From the NCBI GenBank assembly GCA_965261615.1, contig OZ253461.1, positions 1,395,994-1,459,993 of the forward strand: 64,000 nt of DNA, in the 5' to 3' direction. The stretch is from Alphaproteobacteria bacterium (GTDB taxonomy: Bacteria; Pseudomonadota; Alphaproteobacteria; Bin98). Each line of letters starts with the position of its first letter. Within the stretch, counting starts at the first letter, position 1. Below the pieces are notes generated by a model that saw only the letters and a program-made list of their open reading frames with translations, was not told the origin of the DNA and ran no database searches. This document shows positions 1 through 9,452 of this stretch, in pieces. The position numbers were made by a program, and so were the translations under genes.

Positions 1-2393
1 TCGTCACCATAGCTATGTCTCAACGGAATTCCGTACGCAATATCAATCACACCCATTGGCGATGCCCAACGAATACCGACTCCCACTGTCACACGTAAAC
101 TACGTTCGTTAATAAAGAGCGCGCGGCTTAGCTGCGAGTAACTATCCCAGTTTGTTCCCATATCCATAAACAGAACACCTCTAAACTGAGCTTCCTTTGG
201 AAGACCTAACGAGAACAAGAGCTCTAGAGTTCCCCCAAACATGGTATCTCCACCTACAACTTCTCCGTATATCGTTCTTGGACCTACACCCCACTCTCTG
301 AATCCACGCAAAGTACGTGCTCCACCTAATCGGTGTCTATCCAAAATACGAGTTGCGTATTTTTCAGACCACGGTCGCAAAATTCGTCCATAAGCACGTG
401 CTCGTAGCGTTACTGAGTCAGTAAGCTTGCGGTGATAATCCGCATCCAGCTCCACGGTGAAGTTACGGACATTGCCGCCTAAACCGCTAACCCCAAACAT
501 GACAGATGCCAGCAAGCCTTTAGTTGCGTCAAAACGACGATCTCTTCGGTCATACACAATACCTGCACGCGCCCGAGATAACCACACATAGCTTTCCGGC
601 CAATCGGCCGCTCCTCGTTTATCTTTCACCAAAGAAAAATCATAGTTGTCAAACTGAGCACGCTTAATACTGTAGATCTTCTGATCACAAACGTCAAAAG
701 ACTCCATGGCTAGTTTGTACTCATAACGGGAGCTCCAGTATCTTCTAAAAGGCATGACACAAAATGTTCTGACACTACGGGAAGCCAAACTATACAAAGC
801 ATCTTGTTCAGATGCGGCGACACTTCCTGTCGGTCGGTAAACTTTCCGACGCCCAAAGTTTACTCCTCCTCCGACAGCGACGTTTAGATCATTAAAGGAT
901 GGGTCAATGAACGTAACCCCAATATCCCACTGACGTGCTCCGGTCAGCGCAGAAGAACGAAGGACCTTTCCTTTTCCTAAAAAGTTTGGATCGTTCAGCT
1001 CAGCTTCAACACCCACACCTAGATCACCTTTATATTGCATTTTGAATCGTATCTGTCCTGTAGGACGCTCCTTCAGGACAAAGCGCACCTCTACACCATC
1101 TGGGTCACCTAGGATCGGCCTTTTTTCAACAGAAACGCTTTCGAAAAAACCGGTGCGTCGCAGGTTATACAAGGTTGATTTAATATAACGCTCATCCAAA
1201 AGGTCTCCTTCTGTAATATCCACTAGCGGATATAAAACAGCGTCAAAGGTTCTGTTGTTACCCACAAGAACCACACGCCGCACCATAGTCTTAGCAATAC
1301 GATACGTTGTGTACTGAATCACAACAGTTTGAGAAAGAGGGTCTTTCACGTTAACTTGCTTCACACGAACATAAGGAAAACCGTTACGCGCAAAAGCTCG
1401 CTCAAGTCGAGCAGCATCATCTTGTGCAAAATCATGCACATATGTTTCGCCCCGCACACTACGCCAATTAGGCAAACGCTTAATAGAAGTATGCGGCACT
1501 GTGTTTTCAAACGTAATGTCTTTAACGGTATAAGGTCTACCTTCGACCACGTGATAGCTTACTGTAAATTTCTCTAAAAGAGGGGAAAGCTGAGCCACTG
1601 TATCTTTTACCTGAAAATCTAAGTAACCTCTGTTAAAGTAATAACTTTCCAAAATACTCTGATCTATATCAAGATTTTCTGCGTGAAATAATGACCCTGT
1701 CTTCAAAATACGCCACCACCGGTAAGGCTTAGTTGCTATTAAGCTTTTCAACGCAGAAGAAGAGGCCGCTTTATTTCCAAAGAACATCACGTCACCAACA
1801 TGTGCTGGCTCACCCTCTTTGATGCTAAAGATCAAGTCCACACGATTATTGTCTTGATAAATGACCTGAGCCTTTACACTTGCATGAAAAAATCCAGCCT
1901 GACGATAGATCATGTATAAACGTTCCACGGCTGTACGCAAACGCTCTTTCGATAAAATTTGCCTTTCCTCAACCCCCAGATCTTTTTCTAAAATAGTTTT
2001 ATCAAGATTCCGGTTACCTTCAAAGCTCACACTGTTAACGCTAGGAAGCTCTCGCACGTAGATTAAAAGTTCTCCATCCACCATCTCAGCACTAACGTGC
2101 GCAAAAAGTGATGTGGCGTACAAGTGTTCTACTATGTGCTCTATATCTGATGCAGAAATCGTATCTCCAATGTTATACGACAACTTGCTCACAATAGAGG
2201 AGTAAGAGATTCTCTTATTTTGAAAAACCTTAATTGCCGTTATGGTGCCTCCAGTAGAAGCCTTACTTTCTAGCACAACTTCTGAATCAAACCCTTCAAT
2301 GTCTGAATCATTTGCACACAGTGTCAAAGCCGCCCCCCAAAGCAGTAAAACTGTTATGACATACTTTTTGATATCACAGTAACTTTGATACAT
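1..2393 (-). CDS. bamA: Outer membrane protein assembly factor BamA (C-terminal ~15 aa lie beyond the window start)
   Basis: Manual translation from ATG at 2393-2391 gives a signal peptide, then POTRA-like repeats (MYQSYCDIKKYVITVLLLWGAALTLCAND...FEGNRNLDKTILEKDL...). The frame stays open to position 1 and ends in a ...GVGIRWASPMGVIDIAYGIPL beta-barrel C-terminal motif. It is absent from the ORF track because its stop lies outside the window. It sits in the conserved rseP-bamA position. Confidence 0.9.
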   Translation of the reverse strand, partial: MYQSYCDIKKYVITVLLLWGAALTLCANDSDIEGFDSEVVLESKASTGGTITAIKVFQNKRISYSSIVSKLSYNIGDTISASDIEHIVEHLYATSLFAHVSAEMVDGELLIYVRELPSVNSVSFEGNRNLDKTILEKDLGVEERQILSKERLRTAVERLYMIYRQAGFFHASVKAQVIYQDNNRVDLIFSIKEGEPAHVGDVMFFGNKAASSSALKSLIATKPYRWWRILKTGSLFHAENLDIDQSILESYYFNRGYLDFQVKDTVAQLSPLLEKFTVSYHVVEGRPYTVKDITFENTVPHTSIKRLPNWRSVRGETYVHDFAQDDAARLERAFARNGFPYVRVKQVNVKDPLSQTVVIQYTTYRIAKTMVRRVVLVGNNRTFDAVLYPLVDITEGDLLDERYIKSTLYNLRRTGFFESVSVEKRPILGDPDGVEVRFVLKERPTGQIRFKMQYKGDLGVGVEAELNDPNFLGKGKVLRSSALTGARQWDIGVTFIDPSFNDLNVAVGGGVNFGRRKVYRPTGSVAASEQDALYSLASRSVRTFCVMPFRRYWSSRYEYKLAMESFDVCDQKIYSIKRAQFDNYDFSLVKDKRGAADWPESYVWLSRARAGIVYDRRDRRFDATKGLLASVMFGVSGLGGNVRNFTVELDADYHRKLTDSVTLRARAYGRILRPWSEKYATRILDRHRLGGARTLRGFREWGVGPRTIYGEVVGGDTMFGGTLELLFSLGLPKEAQFRGVLFMDMGTNWDSYSQLSRALFINERSLRVTVGVGIRWASPMGVIDIAYGIPLRHSYGD

Positions 2394-2407
2394 TTTTACT
2401 CAACCCT

Positions 2408-3490
2408 TCACTTTAAAAATCCCATCAAATCTTTCATGTTCACATAAAGCATTAAGGTCAACAAAAGACCAAAGCTTGTGTACGTAATGAATTTTTCTAA
2501 CTTCTCTGGGAATGGCTTTCCTTTATTAAAAATCGACGCAGCGGTCAAAAGCAGCAGGTGTCCTCCGTCTAGACCAGGCACAGGCAAAAGGTTCAAGGCC
2601 CCTAAGCTTAACGATAATGCCGCCACAAAAGCAAAAAAGGCAACTCCCCCTACATTCCACTTCTCTTTCGATCGCTTAAAGATAGTTGGCATACCACGCA
2701 AGTTTTTAATATCACCCTTTAAAATAGAGGCGACCGCACGCCATACACGTGAACAGTCTTGTTGAAACGCCCTCACGCCATAAGAAAGCTTACGCATCAT
2801 GCCTATATTCCGTGCACGCGTCCACGTAATCCCCATGTCTGCAGCACAAACACCTGTAGTGTTGAGAGTATACCGCTCTCCGCAACGCTCAAAGGTCAGC
2901 GTATCCGTATTTTCCCACAGCCAGCTCCCGCCTGGACAAAGCGACGATTTCGAGCCTACAGCAACTAGCCGATCTCCTACTTGGACTGTTTCACTCATCG
3001 TGCCCCCAGCAGATTCAACAACAACTGTTGGCACGCTAAAGTACATAGCCATAAAAACATGCAAAACCAACGCAAAGATGATGTTAACAGCCGGCCCACC
3101 GATTACCACACCAACTCTTTTGAGCGTGCTTACATCATTAAATGGGTATAAGCCGGGGATTTTTTTTAAATCCTCACTAACGTCGCTCATTTTATAAGGA
3201 AACTTTACAAAGCCCCCCAAAAATATGGGGGCTACTGTCCATTCCATGCCCATACGATCTTTAAATCGGCAAAATGGCTTACCAAAACCTACAGAAAAGC
3301 GCTCAATATACACACGAAATATACGCAAACACCACCAATGACCACACTCATGAATAAACACAAGAAAAAACATTACCATAAATCCTGGTAAAATTGCTAA
3401 AAGATTATTTAAAAAGTTCACGTTATATTTCTCCCAAAAAACTACTAAACTCACCAAAGGATACCATAAAAACTCTATCCATATAAACAA
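2408..3490 (-). CDS. rseP: RIP zinc metalloprotease RseP (site-2 protease)
   Basis: HExxH motif (FIHECGHWW) in the first TM region, a polytopic membrane protein, and a C-terminal LLPVPGLDGGHLL motif. Conserved position between cdsA and bamA. The true start is probably downstream of 3490 because the listed ORF overlaps cdsA by 68 nt. Confidence 0.85.
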   Translation of the reverse strand: MFIWIEFLWYPLVSLVVFWEKYNVNFLNNLLAILPGFMVMFFLVFIHECGHWWCLRIFRVYIERFSVGFGKPFCRFKDRMGMEWTVAPIFLGGFVKFPYKMSDVSEDLKKIPGLYPFNDVSTLKRVGVVIGGPAVNIIFALVLHVFMAMYFSVPTVVVESAGGTMSETVQVGDRLVAVGSKSSLCPGGSWLWENTDTLTFERCGERYTLNTTGVCAADMGITWTRARNIGMMRKLSYGVRAFQQDCSRVWRAVASILKGDIKNLRGMPTIFKRSKEKWNVGGVAFFAFVAALSLSLGALNLLPVPGLDGGHLLLLTAASIFNKGKPFPEKLEKFITYTSFGLLLTLMLYVNMKDLMGFLK

Positions 3491-4253
3491 AAATCTGGAG
3501 GACCGGCATTGCTAGCAAATATCCATCAAATCTATCCAACACCCCTCCATGTCCTGGAATCAAAGAGCTGGAATTTTTCATACCATGACGTCTCTTCAGC
3601 CATGACTCCGTTAAATCACCTAAAACGGCTGCCACAGATAGGGCAATTATACGTAATGACAACAGCACAGGCATCATGCCTTCAAAGTAATAGCAGTACA
3701 ACAAAGTAGCGACTAGCAACGCACAAACTAACCCTCCTAAAAAACCAGACCAGGTCTTTCCTGGGGAGATCCACGGGCACATCTTAGGCCCCTGCACCCA
3801 AGAGCCCCAAAAGTACCCTCCGACATCCACGGACACAATAATACTTGCCACCCACAAAACTATGAAAAAACCGTTTTGGCATAAAATCAAGCATGTAAAA
3901 ACAGACAGTATAGTAAGGCCAATCAGCAGGGCACCTGCGGCTACCTTAAGCATACTATGCCCATACAACTCTCGAAAAAACACAATGCTACTTGCGAGTA
4001 AAAACAGAATGCCAAGAGCCAAAATGGGCTCCCTCATCAAAACAATACATATAGGAATGTAAACTGCGGCCAGCTGCACTGCAAATATACTCTTACGCAA
4101 AAGGCCAATAATGGAAAGCCACTCATATATCATGCACAAGCCCACAAGGGCCATCACGACCTGTATCCCCACCACGCCAAATGTAGCGCACCCAGCAAGA
4201 AACCCTGCAAGCATTAGGCCTGAAAAAACTCGGGAACGTACATCGACAAACAC
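3423..4253 (-). CDS. cdsA: Phosphatidate cytidylyltransferase
   Basis: CTP-transferase signature SWLKRRHGMKNSSSLIPGHGGVLDRFDGYL, a multi-TM protein, and uppS-cdsA synteny. Confidence 0.9.
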   Translation of the reverse strand: MFVDVRSRVFSGLMLAGFLAGCATFGVVGIQVVMALVGLCMIYEWLSIIGLLRKSIFAVQLAAVYIPICIVLMREPILALGILFLLASSIVFFRELYGHSMLKVAAGALLIGLTILSVFTCLILCQNGFFIVLWVASIIVSVDVGGYFWGSWVQGPKMCPWISPGKTWSGFLGGLVCALLVATLLYCYYFEGMMPVLLSLRIIALSVAAVLGDLTESWLKRRHGMKNSSSLIPGHGGVLDRFDGYLLAMPVLQIFVYMDRVFMVSFGEFSSFLGEI

Positions 4254-4933
4254 TATTTACCAAACCTTCTATGACAGTGAGCAAACTTTTGAAGCAATTC
4301 ATCTATTGTGTCTTCTTGAAACTCTGGCCAAAGCGTTTCTAAAAAGAAAATTTCTGCATAAGCCAATTCCCATAGTAAAAAATTACTGATCCGGCAACGA
4401 TCTCCTGTACGCACCAAAAGGTCTATAGCTCCACACTGACTCCACAAGTATTTTGCAAACACCTCCTGCGTTAACACAGGACTCTCCTGCTGAGCATCGA
4501 CAGCAGTCTTCCATTTTTGCGCGGCTTGAATAATGTCACTTTTACCACCGTAACTTACGGCTATTTGCACAGTTATTTGAGACTCATTCTGTGTTGCCTC
4601 TTGAACCTCTGTCATTACAGATCGCACATCTTTGCGCAAATCGTCAGTATTTCCCACGAAAAAGATGCGTACACGATTCTGCAAGGCAAATTCACGTATA
4701 TCTGAGCAAAAAGACATCACAACATCATACAGAGTGTTGATTTCAGACTCTGGACGCGCCCAATTTTCTGTAGAAAATGCAAAAAAAGTGGCTTGCTCCA
4801 CCTCTAGCTTTAGCAGTCGCAAAACCGTTTTTTTAAAAACAGCAGCGCCCTCTTCATACCCGCGTCTTAAAGACAAGCCGTGCTTTTTAGACCAGCGACG
4901 GTTGCCATCCATTATAAAGGCCACATGCATCAC
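4253..4933 (-). CDS. uppS: Undecaprenyl (isoprenyl) diphosphate synthase
   Basis: N-terminal HVAFIMDGNRRW motif, plus the ...SNFLLWELAYAE... and ...RRFG motifs of cis-prenyltransferases. Confidence 0.92.
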   Translation of the reverse strand: MMHVAFIMDGNRRWSKKHGLSLRRGYEEGAAVFKKTVLRLLKLEVEQATFFAFSTENWARPESEINTLYDVVMSFCSDIREFALQNRVRIFFVGNTDDLRKDVRSVMTEVQEATQNESQITVQIAVSYGGKSDIIQAAQKWKTAVDAQQESPVLTQEVFAKYLWSQCGAIDLLVRTGDRCRISNFLLWELAYAEIFFLETLWPEFQEDTIDELLQKFAHCHRRFGK

Positions 4934-5490
4934 TATACCGTATGAATTCGCTTTTCCTTCTCTTCCAACAAGCTGTCTACCTGACTTACAAATTTGCTGG
5001 TCTCTTTGTTTACTCTGCCTTGCATACGGTGCATATCATCTTCAGAAATTTCACCATCTTTTTCCGCAGCCTTCACCTTATCTAAAAATTCCCGCCGGAT
5101 ATTACGCAGCCCTACACGGGCACGCTCTGCATAACCACTCGCAACTTTTGACAAGTTATCACGAGTTTCTTGGTTAAGTTCAGGCATCACAACCTTCATC
5201 AAATTTCCTTCCGTTATTGGTGTGATTTGCACTGTCTCTGCTATTGCCTTTTCCACAGCCTTAATATTAGCCACATCCCACACTTGCACACCTAGCACGC
5301 GCGGCTCCAAAACAGTCATTGACGCTACATGCCCCAAAGGGGTCTTCGCACCATAAGCTTCAACAAATACCTTATCCAACAAACTTACACTGGCACGCCC
5401 TGTACGCACTGTCGCCAAATCTTGTTTAAAAGCTTCAAGACCTTTATCCATAACCTCATTTAAGGCGTCCATTAATTTTTGCTCTTCCAT
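4933..5490 (-). CDS. frr: Ribosome recycling factor
   Basis: 185 aa with typical RRF sequence (DLATVRTGRASVSLLDKVFVEAYG...) and pyrH-frr synteny. Confidence 0.95.
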   Translation of the reverse strand: MEEQKLMDALNEVMDKGLEAFKQDLATVRTGRASVSLLDKVFVEAYGAKTPLGHVASMTVLEPRVLGVQVWDVANIKAVEKAIAETVQITPITEGNLMKVVMPELNQETRDNLSKVASGYAERARVGLRNIRREFLDKVKAAEKDGEISEDDMHRMQGRVNKETSKFVSQVDSLLEEKEKRIHTV

Positions 5491-5499
5491 CTCTTCTTC

Positions 5500-6222
5500 C
5501 TAACAAACCTCAGAATAACTCACATCACCTGCTGTCAAAAACGCTTCTACTGTGTGACGTTGACGATTAAACACATAACATGGCACCCCACGCTCTTTGA
5601 GAATACAACTCGCGCTTAGATCCATAAATGACAATCCTCTTTTTACCACCTCATCATAAGTGATCTGTGGCAAATGCACTGCACCTTCAAAAACATTAGG
5701 GTCTTTATCAAAAATTCCATCTACATTTGATGCCTTAATCACAGCATCACAACGCAACTCTCCCGCCCGCACAGCAGCAAGCGAATCCGTTGAGAAAAAA
5801 GGAACTCCAAGACCTCCGGCCAATATCACAATACGACCATTTGCCAAATAGTCTTGGCATTTTTGAGCATCATATTTTTCAACACCTGGCCCTTCAAAAG
5901 AGCCAAGCACTACAGCAGAAACCGAGGACTCCATCAAACATGCACGTAAAGTTAAAGCGTTAACCGCCGTAGAAATCATACCCGCGCAATCCATCACAGG
6001 GCGCTGAAGCTCGCTGACTCCGCGCCCTCTGACGATATTCCCGGCTCCACACACAACGACCAACTCAATCAGCTTACTCACTGCCTTCAAATCATTGGCT
6101 ATTTCTTGTGTCACACTTAAATCCACCACACCAGCAGGGCCAGACAACGTTTCGCCCGAAAGTTTATACAACACCCGCTTCAGTTTGGGAAAATTCACAG
6201 TTACCCCTTCACCTTCAAACAA
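5500..6222 (-). CDS. pyrH: UMP kinase
   Basis: KRVLYKLSGE motif and amino-acid kinase fold motifs (VVCGAGNIVRG, ILAGGLGVPFFSTDSLAA). The start may be a little downstream because the ORF overlaps the tsf stop by 22 nt. Confidence 0.92.
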   Translation of the reverse strand: MFEGEGVTVNFPKLKRVLYKLSGETLSGPAGVVDLSVTQEIANDLKAVSKLIELVVVCGAGNIVRGRGVSELQRPVMDCAGMISTAVNALTLRACLMESSVSAVVLGSFEGPGVEKYDAQKCQDYLANGRIVILAGGLGVPFFSTDSLAAVRAGELRCDAVIKASNVDGIFDKDPNVFEGAVHLPQITYDEVVKRGLSFMDLSASCILKERGVPCYVFNRQRHTVEAFLTAGDVSYSEVC

Positions 6223-7070
6223 ACGAATCCTGCCAAAGAAAGGTTATCACCACTTGTTTTACCAAAGTCTTGAACCGCAGTCATCACGTTTTGTGAGTTT
6301 TCAAACAAGAAAGGCTGCAACGCCAACACTACTGTTTCATAGTACACACGCATACGGCCTTCTACCATTTTTTCCACGATGTTATCGGGCTTACCAGACT
6401 CTTTAGCTTTTTCTTCAGCCAGCACACGCTCTCTCTCCAAAGAAGCACTATCAACATCTTCCTTAAATGCGAACAAAGGATTGCTTGCTGCAATGTGCAT
6501 TGCTATTTTTTTTGCAAACTCCCTTAAATCTGAAGAATCACCTTTTTCTGCATTAACAGCAGCCAACACCCCGATTTTCCCAGCATACTGAGAGGCTTTA
6601 TCATGCACATACGCAACTACAGAACCAGAGCTCACCGCAAAGTAACGAACGGCTTTAAGAACTATGTTTTCCCGAATGGAGGAAACAAGTTCAGCAAGCA
6701 TATCCTTAACTGTTTTTCCGTCGATCACCACAGCCTCAAGTGCAGCTACATCTTCACATTTATTCTGAAAAGCAGCCATTGTCACCTTCTCCACAAAACC
6801 CTGAAACACTTCATTACGCGCCACAAAGTCAGTCTCACTTCCCAGGACAACCAAAACACCCGCGGAACCCTCAGCGTATGCTCCTACAAGACCCTCTGAG
6901 GCGTCCCGTTCCCCTCTTTTTACCATAAGGGCTAGCCCTTGCTTACGCAAAAAGTCAACGGCATCTTCTACATTACCGTCAGTGGCCTCAAGAGCCTTCT
7001 TGCAGTCAGTCATTGGCGCATGTGTTCTTTCACGCAACTCTTTAACTAAATTCATTGATACTTTTGTCAT
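6201..7070 (-). CDS. tsf: Translation elongation factor Ts
   Basis: N-terminal UBA-like LVKELRERTHAPMTDCKKALEATDGNVEDAVDFLRKQG, a full-length EF-Ts of 289 aa, and rpsB-tsf synteny. Confidence 0.93.
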   Translation of the reverse strand: MTKVSMNLVKELRERTHAPMTDCKKALEATDGNVEDAVDFLRKQGLALMVKRGERDASEGLVGAYAEGSAGVLVVLGSETDFVARNEVFQGFVEKVTMAAFQNKCEDVAALEAVVIDGKTVKDMLAELVSSIRENIVLKAVRYFAVSSGSVVAYVHDKASQYAGKIGVLAAVNAEKGDSSDLREFAKKIAMHIAASNPLFAFKEDVDSASLERERVLAEEKAKESGKPDNIVEKMVEGRMRVYYETVVLALQPFLFENSQNVMTAVQDFGKTSGDNLSLAGFVCLKVKG

Positions 7071-7088
7071 TACTAAATTCTCGTCTTT

Positions 7089-8393
7089 TTATTCTTTCGT
7101 AGTTTGTGGCTTATCAGCCCCTTCTTCCTTAGCTTTTGCAGCGGCTGGTTTTGCCTTAGCCTTTGTTGCGGCTGGTTTTGCCTTAGCCTTTGTTGCGGCT
7201 GGTTTTGCTTCAGTGCTTTCTGTCTTAACCTTTGCAGCAGCTGGCTTTGCTTCAGTGCTTTCTGTCTTAGTCTTTGCAGCAGCTGGCTTTGCTTCAGTGC
7301 TTTCTGTCTTAGCCTTTGCAGCAGCTGGTTTTGCTTCAGCGCTTTCTGCCTTAGCCTTTGCAGCAGCTGGTTTTGCTTCAGCACTTTCTGTCTTAGCCTT
7401 TACAGCAGCTGGTTTTGCTTCAGCGCTTTCTGTCTTAGCCTTTGCAGCAGCTGGTTTTGCTTCAGCGCTTTCTGTCTTAGCCTTTACAGCAGCTGGTTTT
7501 GCTTCAGTGCTTTCTGTCTTAGCCTTTGCAGCAGCTGGTTTTGCTTCAGCGCTTTCTGTCTTAGCCTTTGCAGCAGCTGGTTTTGCTTCAGCGCTTTCTG
7601 TCTTAGCCTTTGCAGCAGCTGGTTTTGCTTCAGTCTGCTGCGCTTCCTCTTCTTCCTTAGCAGCTTCAGCAGCAACCTCTTCCTGCTGCACGCGCGTTGA
7701 CTCGTCGATCAACCCTTGCATAATTGCCGTTACAGCTTCACGGCAGTACATATCTACCGCACTAGCTGCATCATCATTACCTGGGATTGGATAATCAACA
7801 TATGTCGGGTCCGCGTTTGTGTCCACAATACCAACAACAGGAATTCCACAAATACGCGCCTCTTGAACAGCTAAAGCATCTTTGTGAGCGTCCAACACAA
7901 AAAGCATATTCGGCAAACCTCCCATACTTCTCAAACCACCGAACGAAAGGTCCAGCTTATTTAAGTCTCGTCGCATCAAAATAAGCTCTTTGTTCGTCAG
8001 GCCTTTACAAGCGCTAGGGTCTGCTAATGTTTTTTCTAAGTTTTCCATACGCCACAAGGACTTCTGAACTGTAGCCCAATTTGTAAGCGTACCTCCAAGC
8101 CATCTTTTGTTCACAAAGTGCTGACCACAGCGCTCTGCACCTTTTGCAACAACCTCTGAAGCCTGCTTTTTTGTTCCCACAAAAAGCACACGACCTCCTT
8201 GAGACACAACCTCTTGCATCGCATGCATGGCAACTGTTAGCATTTTAAAAGTTTGGCATAAATCTATGATATGCACCCCTGCTTTTTGGCCATATATATA
8301 AGGGCGCATTTTGGGGTTCCAGCGAGATACCTGGTGTCCAAAGTGCACACCAGCATTTAACATTTCATTTAGGGTGGTTGATAGTTTTCTCAT
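7089..8393 (-). CDS. rpsB: 30S ribosomal protein S2 with ~180-aa C-terminal Ala/Lys/Pro repeat extension
   Basis: The N-terminal ~250 aa are canonical S2 (LNAGVHFGHQVSRWNPKMRPYIYG...). They are followed by EEEE, then 10 tandem 14-aa units plus three shorter units, in frame and without stops. Confidence 0.93.
   Translation of the reverse strand: MRKLSTTLNEMLNAGVHFGHQVSRWNPKMRPYIYGQKAGVHIIDLCQTFKMLTVAMHAMQEVVSQGGRVLFVGTKKQASEVVAKGAERCGQHFVNKRWLGGTLTNWATVQKSLWRMENLEKTLADPSACKGLTNKELILMRRDLNKLDLSFGGLRSMGGLPNMLFVLDAHKDALAVQEARICGIPVVGIVDTNADPTYVDYPIPGNDDAASAVDMYCREAVTAIMQGLIDESTRVQQEEVAAEAAKEEEEAQQTEAKPAAAKAKTESAEAKPAAAKAKTESAEAKPAAAKAKTESTEAKPAAVKAKTESAEAKPAAAKAKTESAEAKPAAVKAKTESAEAKPAAAKAKAESAEAKPAAAKAKTESTEAKPAAAKTKTESTEAKPAAAKVKTESTEAKPAATKAKAKPAATKAKAKPAAAKAKEEGADKPQTTKE
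7128..7634 (-). repeat. In-frame tandem repeat: 10 x 42 bp (AEAKPAAAKAKTES) plus 3 shorter ~27-33 bp units (AKPAATKAK)
   Basis: Directly visible 42-bp periodicity on the plus strand (gctggttttgcttcagcgctttctgtcttagcctttgcagca...). Copies differ by a few point substitutions (A/T, A/V). Confidence 0.95.
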
Positions 8394-8479
8394 TTTTTCC
8401 TTTCCGGTTTTCCTCCACGCTTTCGTCCTCGTTTATACACCGGAAACTATGAAAACGTGTGTGTTAACTTTCAATAAAG

Positions 8480-8556
8480 TGGTGGGTGAAGCCGGACTCG
8501 AACCGGCGACCTCTACGATGTCAACGTAGCACTCTAACCAGCTGAGCTACACACCC
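8480..8556 (-). tRNA. tRNA-Val (anticodon GAC), CCA encoded
   Basis: The reverse complement GGGTGTGTAGCTCAGCTGGTTAGAGTGCTACGTTGACATCGTAGAGGTCGCCGGTTCGAGTCCGGCTTCACCCACCA folds as a cloverleaf. The anticodon loop is TTGACAT. The acceptor stem has one T-T mismatch and one G-T pair. Confidence 0.85.
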
Positions 8557-8607
8557 TCCAACAATACTATATTATTTCAGAAAAAATGGAAATTGACAAT
8601 CAAAATA

Positions 8608-9450
8608 TTAAGCACACACTGAAACTATGTTTTTTATGGTCTCTTTCAGGCGAGTGCGCTCTACCACTAAATCGATCATTCCATGATCCCGCAAGTACTC
8701 TGACCGTTGAAATCCTTTTGGAAGTTTTTCAGATGTCGTGCCTTGAATAACACGCGCACCAGAAAAGGCCAAAAGTGCGACTGGCTCTCCCAAAGCGAAG
8801 TCTCCCAGCATCCCAAAAGAGGCCAACACCCCTCCCGTTGTTGGGTCACACAACACAGTAATATAAGGCAATGACTTAGCTCGCAGCTCATGCAGCGCAG
8901 CTGTTGTACGCACCATTTGCATAAGCGACAAAACACTTTCTTGCATACGGGCGCCACCAGATCCAGTAAACACAACAAACGGCAAGCCCCTTTCAACAGC
9001 AACACGAACGGCTGCAACAAAGCTCTCTCCCACTGCGCAGCCCATAGAACCTCCCATAAAGAAGAAGTCCAAAACTCCCACAACACACATCGCGCCATCA
9101 ATGCGGCCAACAGCGGCGGAAAAAGCATCCTCCTCTCCCGTTTTTTGGCGCGCCTGCGCTAATCGTTCTTGATAAGGCTTAATGTCAGCAAAACTCAAAG
9201 GATCGTCAGCACACTTAGGCATTGGCAGGCGCTCATACTCTCCACCATCAAAGGTAATGGCAAAGCGCTCATTTCTACCAATACGCATATGATGCCCACA
9301 ACAGGACAAAACCCACTGTCTGTTTGGAAGTTCATCTTTCGCAGTAACAGCAGAGCAGTTCGGGCATTTTTGCCAATTTGACGACTCATCATCAGTTCTT
9401 GGCCGAAAGCTTACAACACGCTTTGCGTGGTTATCTTTTATCCAGTTCAT
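8608..9450 (-). CDS. accD: Acetyl-CoA carboxylase carboxyltransferase beta subunit
   Basis: N-terminal Cys4 zinc ribbon (CPNCSAV...CCGHH) and a carboxyltransferase domain (GGSMGCAVGE, SGGARMQES). Confidence 0.93.
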   Translation of the reverse strand: MNWIKDNHAKRVVSFRPRTDDESSNWQKCPNCSAVTAKDELPNRQWVLSCCGHHMRIGRNERFAITFDGGEYERLPMPKCADDPLSFADIKPYQERLAQARQKTGEEDAFSAAVGRIDGAMCVVGVLDFFFMGGSMGCAVGESFVAAVRVAVERGLPFVVFTGSGGARMQESVLSLMQMVRTTAALHELRAKSLPYITVLCDPTTGGVLASFGMLGDFALGEPVALLAFSGARVIQGTTSEKLPKGFQRSEYLRDHGMIDLVVERTRLKETIKNIVSVCA

Positions 9451-9452
9451 AT

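Noticed and set aside
7128-7634. Regular 42-bp periodicity that could suggest a CRISPR array
   Set aside because: There are no unique spacers between the repeats. The units are directly tandem, in frame, and encode the C-terminal tail of rpsB.
6982-7794. Long plus-strand ORFs (270 aa, 198 aa) and a minus-strand alternative-frame ORF (7073-7384; 7484-7675) across the S2 repeat region
   Set aside because: They are antisense or off-frame read-through artefacts of a 42-bp tandem repeat, and their products are pure low-complexity. The S2 frame is continuous with a canonical S2 core.
8676-9392. ORFs nested in or antisense to accD (8676-9128, 8890-9162, 9169-9381, 9195-9392)
   Set aside because: accD is full length and strongly supported, and the nested products are featureless.
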